Positions 46,002-54,764 of a stretch of DNA of 64,000 nucleotides are shown piece by piece. The notes beneath the pieces were generated by a model, which did no database searches, was not told where the DNA came from, and saw only the letters and a program-made list of their open reading frames with translations. The DNA comes from Patescibacteria group bacterium (GTDB lineage Bacteria > Patescibacteriota > Minisyncoccia > GCA-002772825), in the NCBI GenBank assembly GCA_024654625.1, contig JANLHB010000016.1, forward strand, positions 64,137-128,136, in the 5' to 3' direction. The translations under genes and the position numbers were made by a program. Numbering within the stretch: position 1 is the stretch's first letter; each line of letters starts with the position of its first letter.

Positions 46002-46806
46002 CAACATGACGGAAAAAACAACAACCAGAAAAGAGATCGTCGTGCCGCAAGTCGCCCTTCCCCAAAAGCGGGGAAGGCGACCGGCACCGCGAACCGAAGC
46101 GGTGATGCCGGCCGTGTCGGAAGCTCAAGAAAATGTCTATGAGCTTATGGATCGCAAAGACGATCAGCAGATTCTTGCCGAACTGCAAGGGAGATTCTTG
46201 GACGAGTATGTCTACGAATTCCCGCAGGACGGAAAAACGGTCACCGGCCTCTCATGGATCGGGACCAAGGAAGCGAGCCGGGAATATGGAGGCATCCAGG
46301 TCCCGCTCGAAAAATTAAAGATCATTGCCGAGGACGACAAGAGCGTCACGGTGGCGGTCGAGTCGTTTGATGTCTACACCGGCACCTCGCGGATAGGCCT
46401 CAAGCGACAGCAAAAGCACCTCCGCCTCCGAGACGGAAGGGTGCTGGAGAACCCCTTCTACTTCGAGCAAGCGGTATCCAAGGCCCAGCGAAACGCCATC
46501 AACGCGGTGATCCCATACACCTTCGTCAAAGCGTGGATTCAGCTCAAGAGAAAAGGCGCGACGCCAAAACAGATGCAGGAAGCCGAACAGCAAATCCAGG
46601 AGATCAAAGAGCAATCCGTAGATCAGAAAAAGATTCAGATTGCCGCCCTGCTCAAAAAACTCGGACACTCTCCTCAGGGTCCGGCCGAGTATCAAAAGGT
46701 CGTAAAAGACATTACTAACATAAAACTTGAGCCCCAAAACTACGATGAGGTCATCTCGCGATTGCAGATCAGCGTAGCCGAGGCCAATGGAAACGGAAAA
46801 CTATGA
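45994..46806 (+). CDS. hypothetical protein, possible single-strand annealing/recombination partner of the downstream exonuclease
   Basis: It sits immediately upstream of the Cas4-like nuclease, overlapping it, which is a typical SSAP-exonuclease pairing. No family motif was recognised. Confidence 0.4.
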   Translation: MPNNMTEKTTTRKEIVVPQVALPQKRGRRPAPRTEAVMPAVSEAQENVYELMDRKDDQQILAELQGRFLDEYVYEFPQDGKTVTGLSWIGTKEASREYGGIQVPLEKLKIIAEDDKSVTVAVESFDVYTGTSRIGLKRQQKHLRLRDGRVLENPFYFEQAVSKAQRNAINAVIPYTFVKAWIQLKRKGATPKQMQEAEQQIQEIKEQSVDQKKIQIAALLKKLGHSPQGPAEYQKVVKDITNIKLEPQNYDEVISRLQISVAEANGNGKL

Positions 46807-47711
46807 ACGGACAAACACTAACCCACGAAGCCGCCTATCCGGCGGCAGTAAAGGAAAAAGAGAAGCGGCACTTCTCGGTCTCGCAACTGCTCACTTACCA
46901 GAAGTGTCCGCTCCACTACAAATTCCGCTACATCGACGGACTCAAGATTCCGCCAAGATCGGTAATGACGCTGGGAAGCTCGGTCCATGCCGCCCTCGAG
47001 CACAATTTTCGGCAGAAGATCGAAAGCCACAAGGATCTGAAAGTAAACGATGTGCTGGATGCTTTCTCCGACAGCTTTGACTTGGCAAAACAAGAGACGC
47101 TCTGGAATAAGGATGAGAACCCATCAATGGTCAAAGACGAGGGCGTGAATCTGGTGTGCGCCTACCACACCGGCAAAGACCGCCAAGGCGAACCATTCAT
47201 CTACCGAGAGCTCAATCCCAAGACGAGGAAGTACGAAAAGAAACCCGTCAAAGCGCTGTCGCCGACCATTCAACCGCTCATGGTCGAAGAACCCTTCGAG
47301 GTGAACTTCGACAATGTGGACTACAAATTTATCGGCCGAATGGACTTGGTGGATGACAAGATGAGAATCCGAGACACCAAGACGAGCGCGAGAACTCCGA
47401 CTCAAGATCAGGTGGACACTGACCTTCAGATGACCGCCTACAGCATGGGATTCCGGGTAAAGACCGGGAAGATCGAGAAGGGACTCGTGATGGATTACAT
47501 CGTCAAAAACGGCGTGCCGAAAGTGGTCAGCGTCGCCACCAAGAGAACCGAAGAGGATATTCAGCGACTCTTGAATCTTATGGCGAGAATTGCCCATGCC
47601 ATAGATTGCGGAGTGTTCTACTGCAGTTGCAACCCGATATTCTGCAACCCGAATAATTGCGGATATTGGGATTTAGGGAACGGCAGAGGTTGCAGATACG
47701 GAATCGGGTAA
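46803..47711 (+). CDS. PD-(D/E)xK exonuclease, Cas4/RecB-like with C-terminal Cys cluster
   Basis: N-terminal FSVSQLLTYQKCP, catalytic GRMDLV.D...IRDTKTS, QMTAYSMGF (QxxxY), and four C-terminal cysteines (CGVFYCSCNPIFCNPNNC). Confidence 0.7.
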   Translation: MNGQTLTHEAAYPAAVKEKEKRHFSVSQLLTYQKCPLHYKFRYIDGLKIPPRSVMTLGSSVHAALEHNFRQKIESHKDLKVNDVLDAFSDSFDLAKQETLWNKDENPSMVKDEGVNLVCAYHTGKDRQGEPFIYRELNPKTRKYEKKPVKALSPTIQPLMVEEPFEVNFDNVDYKFIGRMDLVDDKMRIRDTKTSARTPTQDQVDTDLQMTAYSMGFRVKTGKIEKGLVMDYIVKNGVPKVVSVATKRTEEDIQRLLNLMARIAHAIDCGVFYCSCNPIFCNPNNCGYWDLGNGRGCRYGIG

Positions 47712-47787
47712 TCGGCAACTGACAGCCGGCCCTACGGATCATCGTAGTTGCGTGATCCAGAAGTAGGACCGGCTGATGAGAGGCCGG

Positions 47788-47816
47788 GAAGAAGTCCGAG
47801 TGCGGACTTCTTCTTC
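47788..47816 (+). terminator. putative terminator hairpin (11-bp perfect stem)
   Basis: GAAGAAGTCCG agtg CGGACTTCTTC followed by a weak U-tract. Confidence 0.35.
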
Positions 47817-47832
47817 GGGGGGAAGAAACTAT

Positions 47833-48084
47833 ATGACATATACAAAAACAACAACTGAATACAGACAACCGACCAGCGCCGAGCAGTACCGCTTTTTGTG
47901 CGGCATTTTGCTTCCGCAAATTCAAGCCGTTTTTGGTTGTGATCGAAAAACCGCGCATAAACGCATGAGAGACAGGCTCATCGAGTGGGGCTACATCAAA
48001 CGATCCCGATCCGAGCTCGCCTATCATCAGACCATAGAGATCACGCAAAGGTTCAAAAATTATTTAGCAAAACAAAAAACATGA
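47833..48084 (+). CDS. hypothetical phage protein
   Basis: ORF; start chosen after the hairpin. Confidence 0.35.
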   Translation: MTYTKTTTEYRQPTSAEQYRFLCGILLPQIQAVFGCDRKTAHKRMRDRLIEWGYIKRSRSELAYHQTIEITQRFKNYLAKQKT

Positions 48085-48305
48085 CTGATTTAGAAAAAGC
48101 AAAAATTTTATATGAGTGCCAATTTTGGATGGGTGGTAACGGTCACTTTTATTTGAGCCCCGAAGATGTGGCTGAAGTTTTGCGACTTATGCGAACAAAG
48201 AAAAACCCCGAAGCCCTAAAGGTCGCATTGCGGGATTTTTACGATAACCACCCGAAAGCAAAAGCGGTCGATCGGGGGTTAGAAGAAAATTATTTGGAAT
48301 ACTAA
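48081..48305 (+). CDS. hypothetical phage protein
   Basis: ATGA-coupled to the upstream ORF. Confidence 0.4.
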   Translation: MTDLEKAKILYECQFWMGGNGHFYLSPEDVAEVLRLMRTKKNPEALKVALRDFYDNHPKAKAVDRGLEENYLEY

Positions 48306-48310
48306 CTTTT

Positions 48311-49060
48311 ATGAAAAACGGATGGGTATCAATTTGGCGTAAACTGCAACATCACTGGATATGGGATGACAGGCCCTTCAGCCGGGCCCAGGCGTGGATT
48401 GACTTGATCATGCGAGCTACGCACAAGAGCGATAAAACAGTGCTGTTTTTGAATAGGAACTTCACTCTTACCCGAGGAGAGCTCGTCACCTCGTTGCGCT
48501 TTTTAGCCAAAGAATGGGGATGGTCAAAAAACAAAGTGAGCAAGTTTTTGGATGCGCTTGCGGCCGACAAAATGATTGAAAAAAGGGACACCGCGCGGGA
48601 CAGCCAATTCACTCGGATTTTGATAGCGAATTACGGGAGATTTCAACCGCAGAAAAACGAGGAGAGGGACAGCAAAAGGGACACGCGAGGGACACGAAAG
48701 GGACAGCAAAAGGACAGGAACAATAATGATAACAATGTTGACAATGGTAACAAAAAAGATAAGCGCACGAAGGAAGCGGAATACGATACTCTTTTTGAGA
48801 TTTTCTGGAAAGAGTATCCAAACCATAAATCCAGAAAAAGAGCCCTGCAATCTTGGCATAAGTTGAAGCCAACTCCTGAACTGACGCAAGTCGTTGTCAA
48901 TGCGGTGCGGAAAGCGAGAGAAAGCCCGCAGTGGAAAAAAGATAACGGTCAGTTTATACCCCATCCCTCAACCTACTTGAACCAAGAGCGATGGAACGAT
49001 GAGTTGGAATCACCAAAAACAAAGGTCGGAAAATACGATCACTTAATAACCAAAGATTAA
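48311..49060 (+). CDS. phage replication initiation/replisome-organizer-like protein (N-terminal winged-helix)
   Basis: N-terminal W.SIWRKL..HWIW...FS..QAWIDLIM.A is typical of phage replication-initiator N-domains. It lies upstream of the DnaC-like loader. Confidence 0.45.
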   Translation: MKNGWVSIWRKLQHHWIWDDRPFSRAQAWIDLIMRATHKSDKTVLFLNRNFTLTRGELVTSLRFLAKEWGWSKNKVSKFLDALAADKMIEKRDTARDSQFTRILIANYGRFQPQKNEERDSKRDTRGTRKGQQKDRNNNDNNVDNGNKKDKRTKEAEYDTLFEIFWKEYPNHKSRKRALQSWHKLKPTPELTQVVVNAVRKARESPQWKKDNGQFIPHPSTYLNQERWNDELESPKTKVGKYDHLITKD

Positions 49061-49062
49061 AC

Positions 49063-49848
49063 ATGGAAAAAATTGAAACAACCATAAAAGAAAATCAGCC
49101 GGCCCCGCCGCCGACTGCCTGCAGGCGATGCGGGAGTTTGACTGCGCCGAAGTTTATCACGCTTCTCGGCTGGCGCCAGCAGGATCATTGCGATTCTTGC
49201 AGTGTGATTATTGCCGAAGAAAGAGAGAGGCGGGAAACGGAAACCCATAAAAAGATGACCATAGAAACCTATCTTGAACGATCCGGCATCGTTCGTGGAA
49301 TTTTGGCGCGAATGACCTTTGAAACATTCGATAACTCACATAAGGGCAAAGCGTATGAAATCGTCAAAGAATACGCCGAAGGATTCGGCCGGGAGACGAC
49401 AAGCGGCCTCATGCTTTATGGAAAAGCTGGCTCGGGCAAAACACATCTCGCGGTTGCAATAACCCGGCACATCATCGAGCAAAAACAGATTCAAGTCAGG
49501 TTTGCCCGCGTTGTCGATTTGCTGGCAGAGATCAGAAAAACCTTTAACGAGAACGAGCAGTATCGCACTGAAAACGAATCGGACTTGATAAGCCGATACA
49601 CCTCCGCGCCTCTGCTTGTCATTGACGATTTGGGCGCGGAAAAGACCACTGACTGGGTCCGCCAGATTCTGTATCAAATCATTGACGAGCGATGGATAGA
49701 GCAGAAGCCGATCATTGTTACCTCGAACCTCAACCTTGAAGAACTGGAAGCGAGGTTTGAGGAAAGGATAGCTTCCCGAGTCGCCGGCATGTGCCGGCTG
49801 GTCGAGTCCCGGGATTACGATTACCGAATCAAGAAATCAACACCATGA
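49063..49848 (+). CDS. DnaC/IstB-like AAA+ helicase loader
   Basis: Walker A YGKAGSGKTHLAVAI and Walker B LLVIDDLGAEKTTDW. There is an N-terminal CxxC...CxxC zinc ribbon. Confidence 0.8.
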   Translation: MEKIETTIKENQPAPPPTACRRCGSLTAPKFITLLGWRQQDHCDSCSVIIAEERERRETETHKKMTIETYLERSGIVRGILARMTFETFDNSHKGKAYEIVKEYAEGFGRETTSGLMLYGKAGSGKTHLAVAITRHIIEQKQIQVRFARVVDLLAEIRKTFNENEQYRTENESDLISRYTSAPLLVIDDLGAEKTTDWVRQILYQIIDERWIEQKPIIVTSNLNLEELEARFEERIASRVAGMCRLVESRDYDYRIKKSTP

Positions 49849-50078
49849 CTTTAATCACAGGAACGGAAAAACAAATCGAAGAAGGCGCGCGCGATTACTG
49901 GACGATAGAAGCGATGACGAAATACGGCGGATCGTTTGTGAAAGCTCTTGCCGAAGCGGCAAGACACGCTGACAGGCAAAACCTTGTGAAGATAAAAGCG
50001 ACATGGATCGAATACTGGACGGAGTACGAAAAGACGGGACGCGAGATGGAAGAAAAACACGAGCAAGGAAAAATATAA
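49845..50078 (+). CDS. hypothetical phage protein
   Basis: ATGA overlap with the upstream gene. Confidence 0.4.
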   Translation: MTLITGTEKQIEEGARDYWTIEAMTKYGGSFVKALAEAARHADRQNLVKIKATWIEYWTEYEKTGREMEEKHEQGKI

Positions 50079-50112
50079 AAGGTCGAAGTAAAAAATTAAT
50101 TTCAACAAAATT

Positions 50113-50337
50113 ATGTCAAGAAAAATAGGAGCGTTATGGATCAAGAAATCGCAGGACGGGAGAAATTACTTGTCCGGCGTGATCCAGGACTTAAGCGGAG
50201 ACATCAACATTGCTGTCTTCAAGAACGATAAAAAAGAAGCGGACAAACAGCCCGATTATAATATCGTGTTGTCGGAAAGATCGAAGCCGGCCCCTCAGGT
50301 CGAAGGAGCCCCGGGTCCAGACGATATCCCGTTCTAA
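50113..50337 (+). CDS. 74-aa protein ending in an SSB-type C-terminal tail (…PGPDDIPF)
   Basis: The C-terminal DDIPF matches the conserved SSB-Ct protein-interaction motif. The gene lies in the replication module and is preceded by the TAAAAGGTCGAAG motif. Confidence 0.5.
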   Translation: MSRKIGALWIKKSQDGRNYLSGVIQDLSGDINIAVFKNDKKEADKQPDYNIVLSERSKPAPQVEGAPGPDDIPF

Positions 50338-50354
50338 TGCCAGAATTGAGCGGA

Positions 50355-50408
50355 TTTGCCAAAAACCTTGCCACTTGTTTGCCCCTGTGTGCGATTCTTT
50401 GGCAAAAG
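50355..50408. repeat. three direct TTGCC(A/C) repeats at 11-12 bp phasing, nested in an inverted repeat (ATTTGCCAAAA / TTTGGCAAA)
   Basis: Read directly from the sequence between the SSB-tail gene and the KH-domain gene. Confidence 0.5.
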
Positions 50409-50480
50409 CCGACCCGTACCACCTGATAAAGAAAAAGGCGAAAGGGGCGAAAAATTAATCAACTAATTACAAAACGAATT

Positions 50481-50765
50481 ATGGAATCACAAGACAAAGC
50501 AGTATTGGAGACAATACTCAAAGCAATAGTAAGTCAGCCCGAAAAAGTATTGGTGAATCGCACGACGGATGAGATGGGCGTGTTGCTCACAGTTAAGCTC
50601 GGTGAGGGCGATGCCGGCGTTGTTATCGGTAAGCAAGGCCAGAGCATCAACGCGATCCGAAGCGTCATCAACATCGTAGGTCGAAAAAACCAAGCGAAAG
50701 TAAATGTGAAGCTCGATGTGCCAGAGGTGCGCCGAGGGACAGCGAGACCAGAATCCCATCTATGA
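50481..50765 (+). CDS. KH-domain RNA-binding protein (KhpA/UPF0109-like)
   Basis: VIGKQGQSINAIRSV is a GxxG KH motif. The size is ~90 aa. Confidence 0.6.
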   Translation: MESQDKAVLETILKAIVSQPEKVLVNRTTDEMGVLLTVKLGEGDAGVVIGKQGQSINAIRSVINIVGRKNQAKVNVKLDVPEVRRGTARPESHL

Positions 50766-51532
50766 AAAATAAAAAAGTCGAAAAACGAATATCGCAATTT
50801 GTGTCTGTTGAGAAATGCCGGCCGAATGCTTGGAATCCAAGAGGCATGAACAAAAAAGAGTTTGAGGCACTGAAGCTCTCAATCAGTGAGCACGGGCAGA
50901 CCCAGCCGATTCAAGTCCGGCCGATTAAAGACGGATACGAAATCATTGGCGGTTACCACCGCTGGCTGGCCATGAAAGAACTGAAACTTTTGGAAGTGGA
51001 AGTAAACATCACGCCGATGAATGATGATGAATCAAAAATCTTCAGCTTGCAGGATAACATTCACGGTAATGATGACTTGCTTCGTCTTGGAAAACTTGTC
51101 TACGAACTGACCGAGAAAGGATTCTCGATTAAAAAGATTGCTCAAGTGTATGGCACGGAAGAAGATGCCTTGAAAGACGCGCTCAAGGTCGCCCAAGAAG
51201 ATATTTCAAAGAAGTTGCAGAAGCTCAAAGAGGAAATGACCAAAGAAAACTTTGTCGAGCTGTCTTTTATCGTTGACGAGAAACCAAAAGATCAACTCAA
51301 AACATTCGTGAAAGAGGTCACAAAGTTCGCCGAAACCAAGGGTGCGGAAGTTGAGTCGGTGAAAGAAAAAATCAATCCGAAAAAGGTCACGATTGCGCTG
51401 ATTACCTTTAGCGTCACCGGCCCGCAGGCCAAAGTAATAAACCGAGCCATAGAAAAGCTGATAAAGGCCGAAAAGGTGTCGAAATCAAGGGCACTGGAAT
51501 TGATATGCGCGGACTTTATGGCCGGCAACTAA
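50762..51532 (+). CDS. ParB-like N-terminal nuclease-domain protein
   Basis: NPRGMNK and later SISEHGQTQPIQVR and GGYHRWLA blocks match ParB/Srx signatures. Confidence 0.7.
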   Translation: MKNKKVEKRISQFVSVEKCRPNAWNPRGMNKKEFEALKLSISEHGQTQPIQVRPIKDGYEIIGGYHRWLAMKELKLLEVEVNITPMNDDESKIFSLQDNIHGNDDLLRLGKLVYELTEKGFSIKKIAQVYGTEEDALKDALKVAQEDISKKLQKLKEEMTKENFVELSFIVDEKPKDQLKTFVKEVTKFAETKGAEVESVKEKINPKKVTIALITFSVTGPQAKVINRAIEKLIKAEKVSKSRALELICADFMAGN

Positions 51533-51560
51533 GGACACTTAAGGACACTTAAGGACACTT
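51527..51560. repeat. tandem repeat, 3.4 × AAGGACACTT (10-mer)
   Basis: Perfect copies between the ParB-like stop and the small-terminase start. Confidence 0.85.
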
Positions 51561-51562
51561 TT

Positions 51563-52024
51563 ATGCCTATCCCATTAAAACTCGAAAAGTATCACAAAAG
51601 AGCTATGGAACTCCGCTACAGTGGCCGATATTCTTATGTCGAGATAGCTGAAAAACTCCAGGATGAATTCGGCAAAAAACCGAAAAAAGTGTCCTTCAAT
51701 GAAGATACGCTAAAAAATTGGTTCAGAACCGAAGGAGAATTATACGAGGTGTATCGGGAATATGAAAAAGAGCAGGACGAATTGAACAAAGAAGCATTCG
51801 ACATTATCAAGAAAGCCGGCCTAAGAGTTCGAGCCGAAAACTTTCGAATAGCCAATGAAATGCTCGTTGCCCTTTTAGGAAGCGACAATGATGCAGTGAA
51901 GCTCGGCGCCATTAAAGAATTATTTGACCGCACCGAGGGCAAGCCAACGCAGAAAACCCAGCTGGAGATAGTAAAAACTCTTGAAGATTATGCCAAAGAA
52001 TACTACGAAAGAAAAAACAGGTAG
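51563..52024 (+). CDS. putative terminase small subunit (HTH)
   Basis: It is a small HTH protein immediately upstream of, and overlapping, the large terminase. Assignment is by position. Confidence 0.45.
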   Translation: MPIPLKLEKYHKRAMELRYSGRYSYVEIAEKLQDEFGKKPKKVSFNEDTLKNWFRTEGELYEVYREYEKEQDELNKEAFDIIKKAGLRVRAENFRIANEMLVALLGSDNDAVKLGAIKELFDRTEGKPTQKTQLEIVKTLEDYAKEYYERKNR

Positions 52025-53597
52025 TGATTTATATGCCGAATGGGTTGAGATTCCCCGAAGTTTTATCGAGAGCGCTCTTCAAATCAAAACGGAAGATCAA
52101 CGGCGAATTCTTTTCGAGTTCAATAATGTTCAAAACATGCTGTATCAGAAGATTGATGCGATCCGACAGCAGAAAAAACCAGTCCGCATTATTATCTTGA
52201 AGGCCCGGCAAGAAGGCGTGTCAACTTTTACGGAAGGAATGATTTTTCAAGACACCTCTCTGAAGCCGAATGTAAATTCGTTGATTGTCGCGCATGAACC
52301 AGAATCCACTGAAGCAATATTCGAAATGTCGAAACTCTTCTACGACATGATGCCTAAATTAATCCGGCCACTAAAGCGGTATGACAACAAAAAGCAATTG
52401 GTATTTGATAATCCAGATGAAAAAGCGCGAGTCGAGAAACCGGGTTTGCGATCCAGAATAGTTATTGCTACGGCCGGCAAGGTAAAAATTGGACGCGGCT
52501 TGACCATCCATAATTTCCACGGCTCCGAAGTCGCATTTTGGAAAGACGGAAAAGAACTGATGCTCTCAGTGATGCAGGCAATACCCGATCTCCCGAATAC
52601 AATGGTCATTCTCGAATCAACTGCAAATGGGTTCGGTGGCGACGGAGAATATTTCTACAACATGGTGCAGGATGCCCGATCCGGCAAGAATGATTTTGAG
52701 CTCATTTTCTTGCCGTGGCATTTGATGCCGAAGTATTCGATACCATTCTCCAGCGAAGAAGAAAAAACAAAGTTTACTGAGACACTGGATGTTTACGAAA
52801 AAGAAATCCAGAAAAGCTTCAATCTGAAGCTCAAACAATTAAACTGGCGGCGTTGGGCGATCAAAAACAAATGTGGTGGTGATACCGATAAGTTCAAACA
52901 AGAATACCCGATCACTATCGAGGAAGCGTTCGTCGCCTCGGCAAGCACGGTAATTCCCAAACAGCACATTGAGGCCCAGCGGAAATTTATCAGAGAACCG
53001 ATTGATAAGCTGGACGGCGATGTCTTGATTTACGGGCATGTGAAAAATAATCACTATTACAGCTTGGGTGGCGATCCGTCCGAGGGCGCGGGTCGGGACG
53101 ACTCCGCATTTACGGTAATAGACAAGATGACCGGCCGGGAAGTGGCGCACTACGCCAACAACCGAATACCGCCTGACTTATTTGCCAAAAAAATGGTGAA
53201 AACAGCCGAATATTTCCAGAACGCGATTATAGTGCCAGAAATAAACGGACACGGAATTGCGGTGCTGAATGAACTGCAAAAGCTGGAATATCCGAATATC
53301 TTCCGTCAAAGATACTATGACCATACCAGTAAGCAGTGGACTCGCAGGTTGGGCTGGAAAACTACGAAGATAACGAAACCGTTGATGGTGGACGAATTCA
53401 AAGAGGGTCTGCGAGAAGAGGAAATTGGGATGTCGTCTGCCGCGACTGTAGGTCAAATGCTTACTTTCGTTCACACCAACGAAGCCGGCCATCATGGCAT
53501 GGGAGCTGAAACCGGCCAGAAAGATGATCGCCTTATTTCGGCCATGCTCGCATGGCAAGGATTAAAAGACCTTCCATCGGAATTTATATATGACTAA
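51981..53597 (+). CDS. terminase large subunit
   Basis: The Walker-A variant ILKARQEGVST fits the KxRQxG(K/V)S terminase signature. The size and downstream structural genes are consistent. Confidence 0.65.
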   Translation: MKIMPKNTTKEKTGSDLYAEWVEIPRSFIESALQIKTEDQRRILFEFNNVQNMLYQKIDAIRQQKKPVRIIILKARQEGVSTFTEGMIFQDTSLKPNVNSLIVAHEPESTEAIFEMSKLFYDMMPKLIRPLKRYDNKKQLVFDNPDEKARVEKPGLRSRIVIATAGKVKIGRGLTIHNFHGSEVAFWKDGKELMLSVMQAIPDLPNTMVILESTANGFGGDGEYFYNMVQDARSGKNDFELIFLPWHLMPKYSIPFSSEEEKTKFTETLDVYEKEIQKSFNLKLKQLNWRRWAIKNKCGGDTDKFKQEYPITIEEAFVASASTVIPKQHIEAQRKFIREPIDKLDGDVLIYGHVKNNHYYSLGGDPSEGAGRDDSAFTVIDKMTGREVAHYANNRIPPDLFAKKMVKTAEYFQNAIIVPEINGHGIAVLNELQKLEYPNIFRQRYYDHTSKQWTRRLGWKTTKITKPLMVDEFKEGLREEEIGMSSAATVGQMLTFVHTNEAGHHGMGAETGQKDDRLISAMLAWQGLKDLPSEFIYD

Positions 53598-54072
53598 TAT
53601 GCAGTGTAAAAAATGCCAAGAAAAATATCCGAATAAACTCCATCAGGGAATTTGCAAGTTTTGCTGGTCAAAGATCGGCAAGAAATCAAAACGCAAAGGC
53701 GCGAGAAACGAGCGAGAGGGCGGCGCAAAGTTTTATGAAAAGGAGTTTGGGATTACGGTCCGAAGGACACCGCGATCCGGCGGGTTTGGATCGTTTATGC
53801 CCGGCGACATTATGGCCAGAGGAGAAACCATCCTCAATGATTTTTATATTGAAATGAAAAACTGTGAGCAGTGGAAACTTTTGGAGTGGTACAAGAAAGC
53901 GAGAGAAGAGTCCCTTGACTTGGGACTTTCAAAAATACCGATTATTGATGTGACGCGCAATTTGGAAGAACATTTTATATTCATACGCCGAGATCATTTT
54001 GTAAAAATAATGAGAGAACTGGAAGGATATAGAAAAAGCGATTCGCAGAGGTCGACGGATCGCCAAAATTAA
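53590..54072 (+). CDS. zinc-finger hypothetical protein
   Basis: N-terminal CKKCQ...CKFC. Confidence 0.4.
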   Translation: MTNMQCKKCQEKYPNKLHQGICKFCWSKIGKKSKRKGARNEREGGAKFYEKEFGITVRRTPRSGGFGSFMPGDIMARGETILNDFYIEMKNCEQWKLLEWYKKAREESLDLGLSKIPIIDVTRNLEEHFIFIRRDHFVKIMRELEGYRKSDSQRSTDRQN

Positions 54073-54090
54073 TAACTAAAGAATAATCAT

Positions 54091-54225
54091 ATGGACGAAG
54101 AAAAAAAATTGAACGAGGATCAAGCTTCTGGCGAGGAAGGACAGGCAGAGGACACAGGTGACAAGGCCAAAGAAGATGCCGACACCGATTCATCCGAGGC
54201 CAGCCAAGAAGGAAGCCGGGAGTAA
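54091..54225 (+). CDS. 44-aa highly acidic peptide (Asp/Glu-rich)
   Basis: MDEEKKLNEDQASGEEGQAEDTGDKAKEDADTDSSEASQEGSRE. It is below the track cutoff and has a weak RBS. Confidence 0.3.
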   Translation: MDEEKKLNEDQASGEEGQAEDTGDKAKEDADTDSSEASQEGSRE

Positions 54226-54282
54226 TTGATTTTTCACGAGGCGGAAAGCCTCGGCTATCCGTCTCAATGAGGAATTAAAATT

Positions 54283-54495
54283 ATGCGAGAAACTATCAGC
54301 CACTGCCCATATTGCACTAAGGTTTTATTCAAAGATGCATCGTTCAAAGGCGAGGCGGATTTTGAGACGAACTGCCATCACTGCGGCAAGCCAATTATGG
54401 TTGAGGTGAAAAGAGAAATCTCCATTATAGTCAAGCCGATCATTAAGGTGGCCATAAAAAGAGGCCCGAAAGACCCATGTGGAAAACCTTGTTGA
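54283..54495 (+). CDS. zinc-ribbon hypothetical protein
   Basis: CPYC...CHHC. Confidence 0.4.
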   Translation: MRETISHCPYCTKVLFKDASFKGEADFETNCHHCGKPIMVEVKREISIIVKPIIKVAIKRGPKDPCGKPC

Positions 54496-54578
54496 TGCAC
54501 AAAGATATGCTATAATAAAAATACAACTGAATAGTCCTTGCTCTGCGGGGCAAGCGTGAATCGTATATTCCGAGTCTG

Positions 54579-54641
54579 CGGGCTCGCAAATGTTGCCAAG
54601 CGAAAGCACAACTCTGGCACCATTTGCGGGCCCGTTTTTTA
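54579..54641 (+). terminator. long stem-loop terminator (about 18-bp stem) with T6 tail
   Basis: GGGCTCGCAAATGtTGCCA ... TGGCAcCATTTGCGGGCCC followed by GTTTTTT. Confidence 0.5.
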
Positions 54642-54764
54642 TTTGTAGGCCCTTATCTCTGGCTCTCTTAAAGGTCGAAGCGCATCCATCGACCTCCACC
54701 TGAAAGGGTGTAAAAAGGAGCGTTGAGAGGGCCAGAAATAAGGGCTTAACAACCCAAAACAATT

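Noticed and set aside
51527-51562. Possible CRISPR array.
   Set aside because: It has only 10-bp units with no spacers. No CRISPR-like repeat-spacer architecture exists anywhere in the window.
54325-54762. 145-aa minus-strand ORF overlapping the zinc-ribbon gene 54283-54495 and the large terminator hairpin.
   Set aside because: The plus-strand zinc-ribbon ORF with CxxC pairs, the plus-strand terminator and uniform plus-strand gene orientation argue for the plus strand. The minus ORF would run through the hairpin.
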